Below are positions 10,358-20,299 of a stretch of 64,000 nt of DNA, piece by piece. The notes under the pieces are model-generated. The model did no database searches, was not told the origin of the DNA, and worked only from the letters and a program-made list of their open reading frames with translations. Position numbers and translations under genes: made by a program. Each line of letters starts with the position of its first letter. The first letter of the stretch is position 1. The DNA is from Saprospiraceae bacterium (GTDB lineage: Bacteria; Bacteroidota; Bacteroidia; Chitinophagales; Saprospiraceae): contig JADJLQ010000002.1 of the NCBI GenBank assembly GCA_016709995.1, positions 1,070,524 through 1,134,523 on the forward strand. Reading direction: 5' to 3'.

Positions 10358-10937
10358 ATTTTTTAGAATAAATCTCTGAGGATAATAATTTTTGAAGGTT
10401 GATTCTCGCTTTGGCAAGGTTTGATTTGGAAGTACCCGGGGAGATATTTAACATTTTACCAATCTCTTCATGAGAATAGCCATCGATGACAAACAAGTTA
10501 AAAACTGCCCGATAAGAGGGAGTGAGTTGATTGATGCTTTTCAATAATTCATCATAGGAGAGTTTGGAAATCGCTTGTGACTGTATACTTAGATTGGTCA
10601 TTTCGTGAGAATGATCAATCGTTAATTTTTTCTTCTGGTTGGCTTTCCTCAACCGGTCAATGGAGGTATTGACCAAAACTCTTCTAATCCAGGCTTTTAA
10701 CGATCCTTCCAGACTATCCTGTCTTTTTTCAAACCGATGTACTTCAGTAAAAACCTTGAGAAACCCATCATTGAGGACTTCTACAATATCTTCGTGGGAT
10801 GAGAGGTACCTTTGGCAAATGGTATAACCAAATCCATAAAAATGCTTATAAAACCTCTTTTGACCTTCCCTTTTTTGCTGGATACAGTCATCTAAGATTG
10901 AAATTAGCGTCGATTCCGGCAATATACTCACCCCCAT
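10338..10937 (-). CDS. ECF-type RNA polymerase sigma-70 family factor
   Basis: Regions 2 and 4 are recognisable (EDIVEVLNDGFLKVF; YRAVFNLFVIDGYSHEEIGKMLNISPGTSKSNLAKAR). Start chosen at MGVSIL (10937); the ORF-track start at 11024 is probably too long. Confidence 0.85.
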   Translation of the reverse strand: MGVSILPESTLISILDDCIQQKREGQKRFYKHFYGFGYTICQRYLSSHEDIVEVLNDGFLKVFTEVHRFEKRQDSLEGSLKAWIRRVLVNTSIDRLRKANQKKKLTIDHSHEMTNLSIQSQAISKLSYDELLKSINQLTPSYRAVFNLFVIDGYSHEEIGKMLNISPGTSKSNLAKARINLQKLLSSEIYSKKYEPKAI

Positions 10938-11198
10938 TCGATTTAATAATACGCAAAATACGGGCTTGTGGTTGCTTGTTTGTATTCGAATTATTCCACT
11001 ACATAATCCAGTAATTCCCAGCATTCGACATTCACTGTTTGTAGCATGCTTACGGTAGAGTCATGGATTTTGATAAAATGGAGATCTTTGTCAGACATTG
11101 GGTAGGATTTAATATAAAGCAATACTGAGGATGCATTCCGTTGAACATTGCCACACTTGGATAAATGTTTATTATCTTAGTGAATGGATGCGATTCTT

Positions 11199-11206
11199 TA
11201 TTTTTG
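11199..11206 (+). promoter_or_regulatory. Bacteroidota -7 box candidate (TAnnTTTG)
   Basis: tatttttg lies 28 nt upstream of the ATG at 11234. I saw no convincing -33 TTTG. Confidence 0.3.
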
Positions 11207-11233
11207 GTCCTTAATTTTTATTCACCCTAGTGT

Positions 11234-12463
11234 ATGATGCAAGATCTCAGTAGACAATTGGCCCGCGAAGCTATGGAGCAGGAAGTGCTCTCACCTAAGG
11301 AAAAATTGGATGACTATGCCAATAATCAGAGCAAGCTGTTTTTGGGAATCCCTGTTGAAGAGAGAATGCAGGAAAACAGGGTTGCACTGATACCCAACGG
11401 AGTGGCTATGTTAACAGCCAGCGGACATAGGGTCATTATCGAAAAAGGCGCAGGCAAAAGATCATTTTACAATGACGAAGATTATTCAGAAGCAGGCGCA
11501 GAGGTCACCAGTGATAGAAAGGAAATCTTTAAAGCCAGTATCATATTAAAAGTCGCCCCTCCGACAATTGAAGAGATAGAGCTTATGCCAGGTGATCAGA
11601 TGTTAATATCTCCGCTGCATATGCCTCTCGTCACCGAAGAATACCTGCAGATGCTCCGAAAGAAAAAGATCACTGCGGTGGCCATGGAGTATTTAAAAGA
11701 CAAAAACGACAGCTTTCCTATAGTCCGTACACTCAGTGGAATTGCTGGATTGAGTGCAGTGCTGACTGCAGCAGAATTGCTATCTGTTACAAGTCATGGC
11801 CGGGGAGTACTCCTCGGAGGTATAGCGGGCATACCACCTGCCAAGGTATTGATTCTGGGGGCTGGTGTCGTTGGGGAATTTGCCACTAAAGCAGCACTCG
11901 GGCTAGGTGCTTCGGTGCGTGTGTTTGACAACAATATCTATAAATTGATGCGTCTGCAAAACAGTGTCGGTACTCCACTCCATACATCAGTCCTCAATCC
12001 GAAATATCTCGAGTATCAACTCAAAAGTGCTGATGTAGTCATAGGCGCCATACACTCTAAAACAGGTCGCGCGCCGATGGTGGTGACAGAAGAGATGGTC
12101 ATGAAAATGAAACAAGGCTCTGTCATCGTGGATGTGAGCATCGATCAGGGCGGCTGCTTTGAAACCTCAGAAGTATGTACTCATGATCATCCGACCTTCA
12201 TCAAACATGGTGTGATACATTATTGTGTACCCAATATCGCCTCTAAAGTGCCTCGTACAGCTTCTTCTGCTATCAGCAATATTATAGCTCCTTTGTTGTT
12301 ATCTACCTCAGAAGTACAGAATATAGAGGAAATGCTTTTTGCCAACCCAGGGCTCCGACATGGGGTATATGCTTTCAAGGGTCATATCACCAATGAATAC
12401 CTGGGCAAACAGTTTAATATGAAGTATTCTGATATTAATTTATTACTGACTTCCAGTTTTTAA
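11234..12463 (+). CDS. alanine dehydrogenase / PNT-family NAD(H)-binding protein
   Basis: 409 aa with an AlaDh/PNT N-terminal domain and the Rossmann motif ILGAGVVG. Confidence 0.75.
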   Translation: MMQDLSRQLAREAMEQEVLSPKEKLDDYANNQSKLFLGIPVEERMQENRVALIPNGVAMLTASGHRVIIEKGAGKRSFYNDEDYSEAGAEVTSDRKEIFKASIILKVAPPTIEEIELMPGDQMLISPLHMPLVTEEYLQMLRKKKITAVAMEYLKDKNDSFPIVRTLSGIAGLSAVLTAAELLSVTSHGRGVLLGGIAGIPPAKVLILGAGVVGEFATKAALGLGASVRVFDNNIYKLMRLQNSVGTPLHTSVLNPKYLEYQLKSADVVIGAIHSKTGRAPMVVTEEMVMKMKQGSVIVDVSIDQGGCFETSEVCTHDHPTFIKHGVIHYCVPNIASKVPRTASSAISNIIAPLLLSTSEVQNIEEMLFANPGLRHGVYAFKGHITNEYLGKQFNMKYSDINLLLTSSF

Positions 12464-12551
12464 AGAAAAGAACATTTTTAATAAGGATACAAAGTATGAC
12501 CAGCTTTTGAGGCATACCTTATTTTATTGATCCCAAATATTTAGCCTCAAG

Positions 12552-13055
12552 ATGATAGAAACACCTCGACTAATTCTAATACCACTGACCTACGATCAGC
12601 TTTTAAAATATATTCGTTGTGACCATTCCCTGGAGGCCGAACTCAATCTACAGCCATCTTCAAGAAAGATATCGACCGAATTGAAAGAGGCTTTGGAGCA
12701 AACCATTCTACCCAATGTTGCCGACCCGAACAAAAACTATTTATATTCAACACTTTGGACAGCGGTCTTGAAAGAAGAGAACTCAATGGTAGGAGATCTG
12801 TGTATCATCGGTGAACCCAATGCAGCAGGGGAAATCGAGATTGGTTATGGAATCTATGATGAATATAAAGACCGAGGTTATATGACTGAAATTGTAAGTG
12901 GACTGATACGTTGGGCAAAATCCGAAACAAGGGTGCTTGCTGTAGTTGCTTCTTCTGAAGAAACCAATTTCGCTTCTTCAAAAGTGCTTGAAAAAAATGG
13001 ATTTGTCGCTATTGGTAAAACTGGAACTCTGATCAATTGGAGGCGGTACTTATAG
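12552..13055 (+). CDS. GNAT family N-acetyltransferase
   Basis: 167 aa. TPRLILIPLT N-terminus typical of RimJ/RimL-like GNATs, and a C-terminal NFASSKVLEKNGF motif. Confidence 0.75.
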   Translation: MIETPRLILIPLTYDQLLKYIRCDHSLEAELNLQPSSRKISTELKEALEQTILPNVADPNKNYLYSTLWTAVLKEENSMVGDLCIIGEPNAAGEIEIGYGIYDEYKDRGYMTEIVSGLIRWAKSETRVLAVVASSEETNFASSKVLEKNGFVAIGKTGTLINWRRYL

Positions 13056-13142
13056 ATAAGATCACCTTACAGCGTGGAAACCCCTTATTCGTTGGTACTA
13101 ATAACAACAGTCCTTTATCCATTGCCCGTGGCACATTGTTTT

Positions 13143-13850
13143 CTATTTTATTCCTCCAAATGCTCCAAAACACATATTCTTATGAAGGATTTCTACTTTA
13201 CTGAATCCTACTTTTTTCATAAGGTCCAATTGATAATTCATTGATCTTGGTGAATCTTCTTTAGCCACATAATCCAACACCTTGTTCCGATAAGATACGC
13301 CTTCAATGGCTTCTAAGTAATCACCATATCTTTCCCATGTATAATCATTTATGGATACGGTATCCTGCGTGATCAAATCCGAAATCATAAAACAACCACC
13401 TGGCTTGAGCAGTCTAAAAAGTTTATCAAAGGTTGTTTCCCAATCTAGATCATCTCTTAAATGATGTAACACAGCCCCCGCCAAAATGATATCAAAATGA
13501 TTTTGATCTAGCTGGACTTCCCTGATATCACCTTGCAGAATCTCCACGCTATTATCGGTCTGTGGTAGGACTCTTTCAAATGCTTTGTCCAACATGGGTT
13601 TGCTCAAGTCAACCAGTGTGCAATGTAAGTTTGGAATTTTTGTGAGCATCATCAAGGTGTAATTGCCGGCTCCGCATCCAATGTCAAGTAAATTTTCAGC
13701 ATGCGGAACAATTCTTTTTGCCGATTCAGTTATTAGTTCCAATGAAATCTTGGCATCTATCGTTGAAAGCTGTCCTGAGTCAAGGTTAGAAAATCGCTAT
13801 ACATCTTTATCAAATCGTGTTCTAATTTCTTCTATCGTAGATTTTTTCAT
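13143..13850 (-). pseudogene. class I SAM-dependent methyltransferase interrupted by an in-frame TAG (or a shortened protein restarting at TTG 13742)
   Basis: The ATG at 13850 opens MKKSTIEEIRTRFDKDV, then TAG at 13797-13799, then in the same frame RFSNLDSGQLSTIDAKISLELITES...LLDIGCGAGNYT (SAM motif I). The frame is continuous with the ORF at 13143..13742. Confidence 0.6.
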
Positions 13851-13898
13851 ATGCTATATTATATTCGGACTTTTAGTTTGCAGCATAAATGGGCTATA

Positions 13899-15224
13899 CT
13901 AATCTTTGATGTGTTTGCTGTTCTTAAACCAATAAAAAGCTCCGATACCCAATCCCAACAAGACCAATCCAGGTAAGGCTTGCTCAGGTTTCTGAAAAAA
14001 AATATTAATCGCAAAGACACTCTGGAGTGATATAAAAATCAAAGGGATGAGCGGATAGCCCCAGGTGCGATAAGGTCGGTGCGTGGAAGTAAACCGTTTT
14101 CTAAAAATAAATATAGATGCTGCTGCAAGGGCAAAAAACAGAGCGTCCATAAAAGTGACGAAGGTGATGATTTTGTCAAATAAGGCACTAAAGAAAAACA
14201 ATATGCAGAGTGCCCAGACTGCCTGAAACAACATGGCTGCTACCGGAGTCCTCCAGCGCACATGGATACCTGCCAATGATTTAAAAAACAATCCGTCCTC
14301 AGCCATGGCATAATAAATCCTGGGAGCACTCATGGTATAGATACTGATCGTGCCTAAGATGGACAGGGCTATTCCAACTGCTATGAGTCGGCCGCCCCAG
14401 GGTAGCAGTGCCGACATCGCGTCGCTGGCGATCGTCTGAGTTTGACTGATTTGTTGGAGCGGTAATAACCTGAGATAAGCAATATTAATCAATACATAAG
14501 CCAGGGTGATGATGGTCATGCCCAGAATCATGGCCCTGGCGACATTCCTGGTGGGATTGATCACCTCACCAGCCACATAGGTAGCATGATGCCAGCCTCC
14601 AACTGAAAAGAAGACCCCTATCATGCCACTGAATAAGACGACGATCAGGTGGCTGGGGGTGGAATATACTGTCTCAAAATTTTGATAGATGGCATCGGAC
14701 TGACCATAAAAGATACCTGCAAATATCAACAAAGCTATGGCTGAAAGTTTGATTGTGGTCAGGATATTGGAAAGGTATTGGCTATAATGCACACCAAGTA
14801 TATTGATGCCTGTGAGGACCACCATCGTAGAGGCGGCTATGATGAGCTTGCTTGAAGTCGTGATGCCAGGTATCAGAAATCGCAAATACTCCGCAAATGC
14901 TACACAAAGCCCAGCGAGGGATCCCGTATTGATCACCATCAGCATGACCCAACCATATAAAAACCCGGTGAGGTCTCCATAAGCATTTTTAAGGTAGACA
15001 TAGACTCCGCCAGCCTGTGGAAATAAGCCCCCTAGCTCTGAAAAGGTCAACGCTCCTGTCAATCCCATGATACCCCCTAATACCCATACCATCAGGATGA
15101 GGTAGGGATGACCTATTTCTTTAGCTATAGTCCCCGGGGTGACGAAAATACCAGAGCCGATGCTCGAGCCTACAGCAATCATCGTGAGGCCATAGAGGGT
15201 AATGCGTTTTTGAAATTGGGTCAA
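13899..15224 (-). CDS. APC superfamily amino acid permease
   Basis: 441 aa, about 12 TM helices, N-terminal GSSIGSGIFVTPG signature. Confidence 0.85.
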   Translation of the reverse strand: MTQFQKRITLYGLTMIAVGSSIGSGIFVTPGTIAKEIGHPYLILMVWVLGGIMGLTGALTFSELGGLFPQAGGVYVYLKNAYGDLTGFLYGWVMLMVINTGSLAGLCVAFAEYLRFLIPGITTSSKLIIAASTMVVLTGINILGVHYSQYLSNILTTIKLSAIALLIFAGIFYGQSDAIYQNFETVYSTPSHLIVVLFSGMIGVFFSVGGWHHATYVAGEVINPTRNVARAMILGMTIITLAYVLINIAYLRLLPLQQISQTQTIASDAMSALLPWGGRLIAVGIALSILGTISIYTMSAPRIYYAMAEDGLFFKSLAGIHVRWRTPVAAMLFQAVWALCILFFFSALFDKIITFVTFMDALFFALAAASIFIFRKRFTSTHRPYRTWGYPLIPLIFISLQSVFAINIFFQKPEQALPGLVLLGLGIGAFYWFKNSKHIKD

Positions 15225-15476
15225 GCGATTAAATTATTAAACAAAATACATAGGTTTGGCTGAATCAGTGCAGAGGGGAAGGATTTTCAAGTTATTGGCT
15301 GAAGTATTGATAATAACAAGATTCATTATGCAAAAGAAAGTTTAGAAAAGACTTGATACTTTCATTCAATATAGTCTGTAATATTTTATACGCCGGCGAA
15401 ATTTTAATAAGACTTTCTTAAAATCTAAATAGATACTTCATTCAAGCTGATTAGTTCTATTTTTATCCCCTGATTT

Positions 15477-17645
15477 ATGAATAGAATATCTGGTATCGTA
15501 CTGGCAATCATCATTGCTCTTCCCTCCATGGCGCAGAAGAAGAACGCCTCCTACCGTTATCCAATGAATCAAATTAATGTGCCTGTCAAGGTAGACGGCT
15601 CACCAGATGATGATATATGGCGATCTATTCAAATAGCGACTGATTTTTTTATGGTCTTGCCTATGGATACCAGCAAAGCCAAAGGCCGTACTGATGTCAG
15701 GATGTGCTATGACCAAAAAAACATATACCTGTTGGTGGAGGCATATCATATGATCGACAAGAACTACAAAGTAGAGTCTTTAAAAAGAGACTTTGCTTTT
15801 GGTAAAAACGATAATTTCCTGCTTTTCATGGATCCTTATGATGATAGAACCAATGGGTTTTCTTTTGGAGCCAACGCAGCAGGGGCTTTATGGGATGGCA
15901 CAATGTATGATGGCGGCAAAGTAGATCTGAGTTGGGAGAATAAGTGGCGGGGAGTCACCAAAAACTATGATGACAAATGGGTGTTTGAAGCCTCTATACC
16001 ATTTAAGAGCATTCGGTACAAAAAAGGCATCACAGAATGGGGAATTAATTTTTCCCGCCTGGATATCCGGACTACAGAAAAATCTTCATGGACTCCGATC
16101 CCTAGGATATTTCCTACAGCCTCTCTAGCATATACAGGCACCTTAGTCTGGGACGAAGCTCCACCACAAGTAGGGACCAATATATCCATCATCCCTTATG
16201 CCCTGACAGGAGTTTCTAAAAATTTTGCAGCCGGCACCAAAGCAACCACTAGAAAAGAAATCGGTGGCGATGCCAAGGTCGCTTTGGGCAGTGCGCTCAA
16301 CCTTGATCTGACTGTCAATCCTGATTTTTCACAGGTAGAAGTTGATCAGCAAGTATCTAACCTGGATCGGTTTGAATTGTTTTTTCCGGAACGTAGACAG
16401 TTTTTTTTGGAAAATGGAGACTTGTTTGCAGGTATAGGTAACAGCACTTTGCGACCTTTTTTTTCCAGGCGTATTGGTCTGGGTATCCCGATAGATTTTG
16501 GTGCCAGGTTGAGTGGTAAGCTAGACAAGAACTGGCGCATTGGCTTATTGGATATGCAGACTCGTAAAGATGCGGTGCAGCCGGGGTACAATTTTGGAAT
16601 GCTGGCCTTACAACGTAAAGTATTTAGTCGTTCCAATATCGCCATCTTTGGGATCAATAAGCAAGCTGTAGCCTATGACCAATTGTCTTCCGAATTAAAG
16701 AAAAGTAATAATGAGTATAACAGAAACCTGGGCTTTGAGTACAACCTGGCCTCAGCCAATAATCGGTGGACCGGAAAATTTATGTACGCACGGTCTTTTG
16801 ATGCCAAAAAATCCAGCAATGCCTGGTCTCATGTAGGTAATCTGGCTTATGCCACTCGGAATTATTCGATCAATTGGCAACAAGAATATGTAAGCAAAAA
16901 CTATACGGCCGAAGTGGGATATGTCCCCCGCAAAGAATACTATAAAATCAGCCCTACGGTAAGTTATTTGTTTTATCCTGGTGCAGGAAAAATATTGACT
17001 CATGGACCGAGTTTGGGTGTATTCTCCTATTTTACTCCAAAGCTGAAGACCACAGACCGGACTGTATTTTTTATGTACAAATTTAATTTTAGAAATTCAG
17101 CTACAGCCGATGTCTGGGTGGGAGATGACTGGGTGCAGCTATTACAACCATTTGATCCTACCAATACCAATAAAGATACTTTGGCTCGTGGAAGTATACA
17201 TAAATGGCGGTCTACCGGTGGTGATTATGGATCCCCGCCTCAACGGCTGTTTACTTATGCTTTTTCTTACAGGGTAGGGGGATATTACCGGGATGGGCAT
17301 CGTACAAATGTCACTACAGAGATCGGCTACCGGTTTCAGCCATATGTCAAACTAGGTCTTTCGTCCAGTTACAACAGGATCAATATAGAAGCTCCCTGGA
17401 ACAAAACGGTGTTTTGGCTGGTAGGGCCCAGGGTCGATATTACTTTTACCAACAGTCTTTATTTTACCTCTTTCGTACAATATAACGAACAGGTCAATAA
17501 CCTTAATATCAATACCAGGCTCCAGTGGCGCTTCAAACCTGCCTCAGATATATATTTGGTATACACGGATAATTATATTCCTTCACCATGGAATGTGAAG
17601 AATAGGGCCTTCGTGTTTAAGATGAATTATTGGTGGAATCTGTAG
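15477..17645 (+). CDS. CBM9-like / DUF5916 outer-membrane-associated protein
   Basis: 722 aa with a signal peptide. The N-terminal CBM9-like segment (VDG..DD.IW) and long beta-rich C-terminal region match my memory of the DUF5916 family. Confidence 0.6.
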   Translation: MNRISGIVLAIIIALPSMAQKKNASYRYPMNQINVPVKVDGSPDDDIWRSIQIATDFFMVLPMDTSKAKGRTDVRMCYDQKNIYLLVEAYHMIDKNYKVESLKRDFAFGKNDNFLLFMDPYDDRTNGFSFGANAAGALWDGTMYDGGKVDLSWENKWRGVTKNYDDKWVFEASIPFKSIRYKKGITEWGINFSRLDIRTTEKSSWTPIPRIFPTASLAYTGTLVWDEAPPQVGTNISIIPYALTGVSKNFAAGTKATTRKEIGGDAKVALGSALNLDLTVNPDFSQVEVDQQVSNLDRFELFFPERRQFFLENGDLFAGIGNSTLRPFFSRRIGLGIPIDFGARLSGKLDKNWRIGLLDMQTRKDAVQPGYNFGMLALQRKVFSRSNIAIFGINKQAVAYDQLSSELKKSNNEYNRNLGFEYNLASANNRWTGKFMYARSFDAKKSSNAWSHVGNLAYATRNYSINWQQEYVSKNYTAEVGYVPRKEYYKISPTVSYLFYPGAGKILTHGPSLGVFSYFTPKLKTTDRTVFFMYKFNFRNSATADVWVGDDWVQLLQPFDPTNTNKDTLARGSIHKWRSTGGDYGSPPQRLFTYAFSYRVGGYYRDGHRTNVTTEIGYRFQPYVKLGLSSSYNRINIEAPWNKTVFWLVGPRVDITFTNSLYFTSFVQYNEQVNNLNINTRLQWRFKPASDIYLVYTDNYIPSPWNVKNRAFVFKMNYWWNL

Positions 17646-17831
17646 GGGGTTAAGTGGAGAGGTCGCGCGAAGGCGCAAAGGCGCAAAGAAGGGGAGATAA
17701 TTTTGCACAGTGGGTAAGAAAGTCCCTCAACCTGGGTAACTAGCTGCACTAAAAGAATAAGGCATAGTATGATCTTGGAAGGTATCAGTCATAAATGACC
17801 AGCTTTATCAAAAAATAAAATATCTTTAAAT

Positions 17832-18737
17832 ATGAAACGAAGAAATTTTCTCAAATCCACCGCACTGGCAACCCCACTGGTGGGATTAACTTCAATTAAA
17901 GGGCTGGCTGATCGATCCCACGATGCGGCAGCGTTTAAAATGAAATATGCCCCGCACTTTGGGATGTTTAAAAACTCAGCTGGTGGAGATCTGGTAGACC
18001 AACTAAAGTTTATGGCGGACAATGGGTTTATGGCTCTGGAGGATAATGGTATGTTGGGAAGACCGGTGGAAGAGCAAAATAAAATAGGTAATACGCTGGC
18101 CAAATTAAGTATGACAATGGGGGTCTTTGTCGTCGAAGGAGGTGATAACTGGAAGGTATCCCTGACGACCGGCAAAAAAGAATTTCTAGATACGTTTGTC
18201 AAGACTTGTGAAAAATCAGTAGAACTCGCTAAGCGGGTCAATGCTACATGGATGACTGTTGTGCCCGGGTATTTTGAACGTACCCTACCAGTCGAGATTC
18301 AGACCGCGAATGTCATCGAAGCGATGAAGCGAGGTGCATCGATCTTGGAACCTCATGGCCTGGTGATGGTGATGGAGCCTCTTTCAGACAATCCGGATCT
18401 ATTCCTACGTACCGCTGCTCAATCGTTTATGATCTGCAAATCAGTGGCCAGCCCGGCTTGTAAAACCCTATACGATATCTATCATATGCAGCGCAATACC
18501 GGTCATCTGATCCCCACTATAGAGAAATGCTGGGATGAGATCGCATACTTTCAGATCGGAGACAATCCCGGTCGTAAAGAACCTACGACTGGGGAGATCA
18601 ACTATAAAAACATCTTTAAGTTTATCCATGAAAAAGGGTATACCGGTATCATGGGTATGGAGCATGGCAATTCGATCGCCGGTAAAGAAGGGGAGCAGGC
18701 GCTGATCAAAGCGTATCGGGAGAGTGATGGGTTTTGA
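17832..18737 (+). CDS. xylose isomerase-like TIM barrel protein (hydroxypyruvate isomerase family) with a Tat signal
   Basis: 301 aa. Twin-arginine leader MKRRNFLKSTALATPLVG, and a TIM-barrel sugar-phosphate isomerase/epimerase pattern (EP.., YDIYHMQ, GMEHG). Confidence 0.7.
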   Translation: MKRRNFLKSTALATPLVGLTSIKGLADRSHDAAAFKMKYAPHFGMFKNSAGGDLVDQLKFMADNGFMALEDNGMLGRPVEEQNKIGNTLAKLSMTMGVFVVEGGDNWKVSLTTGKKEFLDTFVKTCEKSVELAKRVNATWMTVVPGYFERTLPVEIQTANVIEAMKRGASILEPHGLVMVMEPLSDNPDLFLRTAAQSFMICKSVASPACKTLYDIYHMQRNTGHLIPTIEKCWDEIAYFQIGDNPGRKEPTTGEINYKNIFKFIHEKGYTGIMGMEHGNSIAGKEGEQALIKAYRESDGF

Positions 18738-18864
18738 GCTGACGCAAAAACTGCTTGGCTTCAAACTCCGTAGGTTCTAGCTGTGCGCCAGCTGACTCAA
18801 ATCTGCTAGGGGCTCGCCAAACCAACGAAGCTAGACCTAAATAACGCATAAAAGGTTGATATTT

Positions 18865-19443
18865 TTATTCAATAAGTCCTTTGCCTTTCATGATGCGATC
18901 TATACATTTTTCTATTCTCGACTCCCTGGTTTTAGCCTGTACTGGTTGGGAAAAATGAATTAGATATGCTCTTTGTCTTCCAGGAGTTAATTTACCAAAC
19001 GCAGTTTTTAAAGCAGGCTTTTCTGTTAATATATTTTGAAACTCAATTGGAAATTTTAAAGTTGTTTTTTTCTGGACGGGTTTTGCAGGGCCGGATTTTT
19101 CTATATCGATGGCTTGCAGGGCAAAGGCTTTCAGGGCTGGCGCCAATTTAATGACTTCTTTGACATTGACGAACCGAAGCTGACGACCCACGATAGTGTT
19201 TTCCCCGGTTTTGACCAGCAGACCTTGGGGATCTTTTAAGAGGTATCCTTTAAAAAATAATACCGCGCAGTAAGCTTTAAATCCTTGTATGACTACGATG
19301 TTTTTATCTTCCCAACAATAGCAGGGTTTGCTCCATTTGAGGTGTTCAGTCACGGGGCAGTCCAGCAGGATCAATCGTAATAGTTCCATTTCCTTTTGCC
19401 AGTGCTTGGCATGTTGGAGATATTGGTCTACCTGGGGATTCAT
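18865..19443 (-). CDS. DUF1801 / YdeI family protein
   Basis: Start taken at MNPQVDQYL. The C-terminal motif LTPGRQRAYLIHFSQPVQAKTRESRIEK is typical of YdeI/OmpD-associated proteins. Confidence 0.65.
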   Translation of the reverse strand: MNPQVDQYLQHAKHWQKEMELLRLILLDCPVTEHLKWSKPCYCWEDKNIVVIQGFKAYCAVLFFKGYLLKDPQGLLVKTGENTIVGRQLRFVNVKEVIKLAPALKAFALQAIDIEKSGPAKPVQKKTTLKFPIEFQNILTEKPALKTAFGKLTPGRQRAYLIHFSQPVQAKTRESRIEKCIDRIMKGKGLIE

Positions 19444-19509
19444 ATGGATAATTTGGTAATGTTTTTTTCTAATAATACTACCTTGAATGGATAGCAAATG
19501 CTTTGCTCA

Positions 19510-19797
19510 TCAATTCGATTTCAGATCTTGCCATACCCATTTTTTTGCTAAAACACTCCGGGCTAAAACTGCCTTTTTTACTTCATTTTCAATCTTGATC
19601 ATTTTCTCTGTTTTCAAGTGGAAGTATTTAATGTCCGGGTTTAAGTAGATCGGCCTTTCGGAGGACAGAAAATCTTTGCTATACTCAAATGAAAATGCTT
19701 TTTGGTCATTAGCCTGTTGAGCCGATAACACGCCTAAAAGTATTGGATTATCTTTAAACCAATCAGCAAATACGTAAATCGAAGTAGTTTGGCTCAT
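19510..19797 (-). pseudogene. HipA-family toxin remnant (N-terminal domain only, about 95 aa)
   Basis: The first ~55 aa resemble the HipA N-terminal (coupling) domain. There is no kinase core. It is wedged between the HTH gene (4-nt gap) and ydeI (12-nt gap), leaving no room for a kinase domain. Confidence 0.5.
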
Positions 19798-19801
19798 GGT
19801 A

Positions 19802-20098
19802 CTATTTTTTATTTAATAGTTCCAGATCCTGTAGTTTCCTTCCAAATGCATCATCTGAGGCTATTTTCAAAAAATCTTCATGCAAACCTAAAACCCTTAA
19901 AGTATTGAAATATGCTCCGAGCGAGACTTTTCCATTTCCTTTTTCAATATGGTACAGGGTAGTTCTGTCAATATTGGCACGTTCTGCCACTTGAATGGTG
20001 GTAAGTTTTCTTCGCTTACGGGCAAGCTTAATATGCTCTCCCATTTGTTCCAATATTTGCTGGTTTTTGGGGAAAAGTATTTGCTTTTTGGAATTCAT
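19802..20098 (-). CDS. XRE-family helix-turn-helix regulator (HipB-like antitoxin)
   Basis: 98 aa with the HTH segment LTTIQVAERANIDRTTLYHIEKG. It sits immediately upstream of the hipA-like remnant. Confidence 0.75.
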   Translation of the reverse strand: MNSKKQILFPKNQQILEQMGEHIKLARKRRKLTTIQVAERANIDRTTLYHIEKGNGKVSLGAYFNTLRVLGLHEDFLKIASDDAFGRKLQDLELLNKK

Positions 20099-20257
20099 GT
20101 CTATTATTATCTACAAATGTGAGAAATATGTTGAGAATAAACAACATTTATTCCCAGATATGAGTCCCGGAGCATTAGGACACCCCATTAAACTCCGTGA
20201 ATTAAAATTTCTTTGCTACTTGAATATATTAAGTATCCATCATCCCAAAAATAAGTC

Positions 20258-20265
20258 TATATTTG
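20258..20265 (+). promoter_or_regulatory. Bacteroidota -7 box candidate (TAnnTTTG) for the TetR-efflux operon
   Basis: tatatttg lies 35 nt upstream of the ATG at 20300. Confidence 0.3.
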
Positions 20266-20299
20266 CACTTCGAACGACTGTTCTAACCATCCGTCCTAA

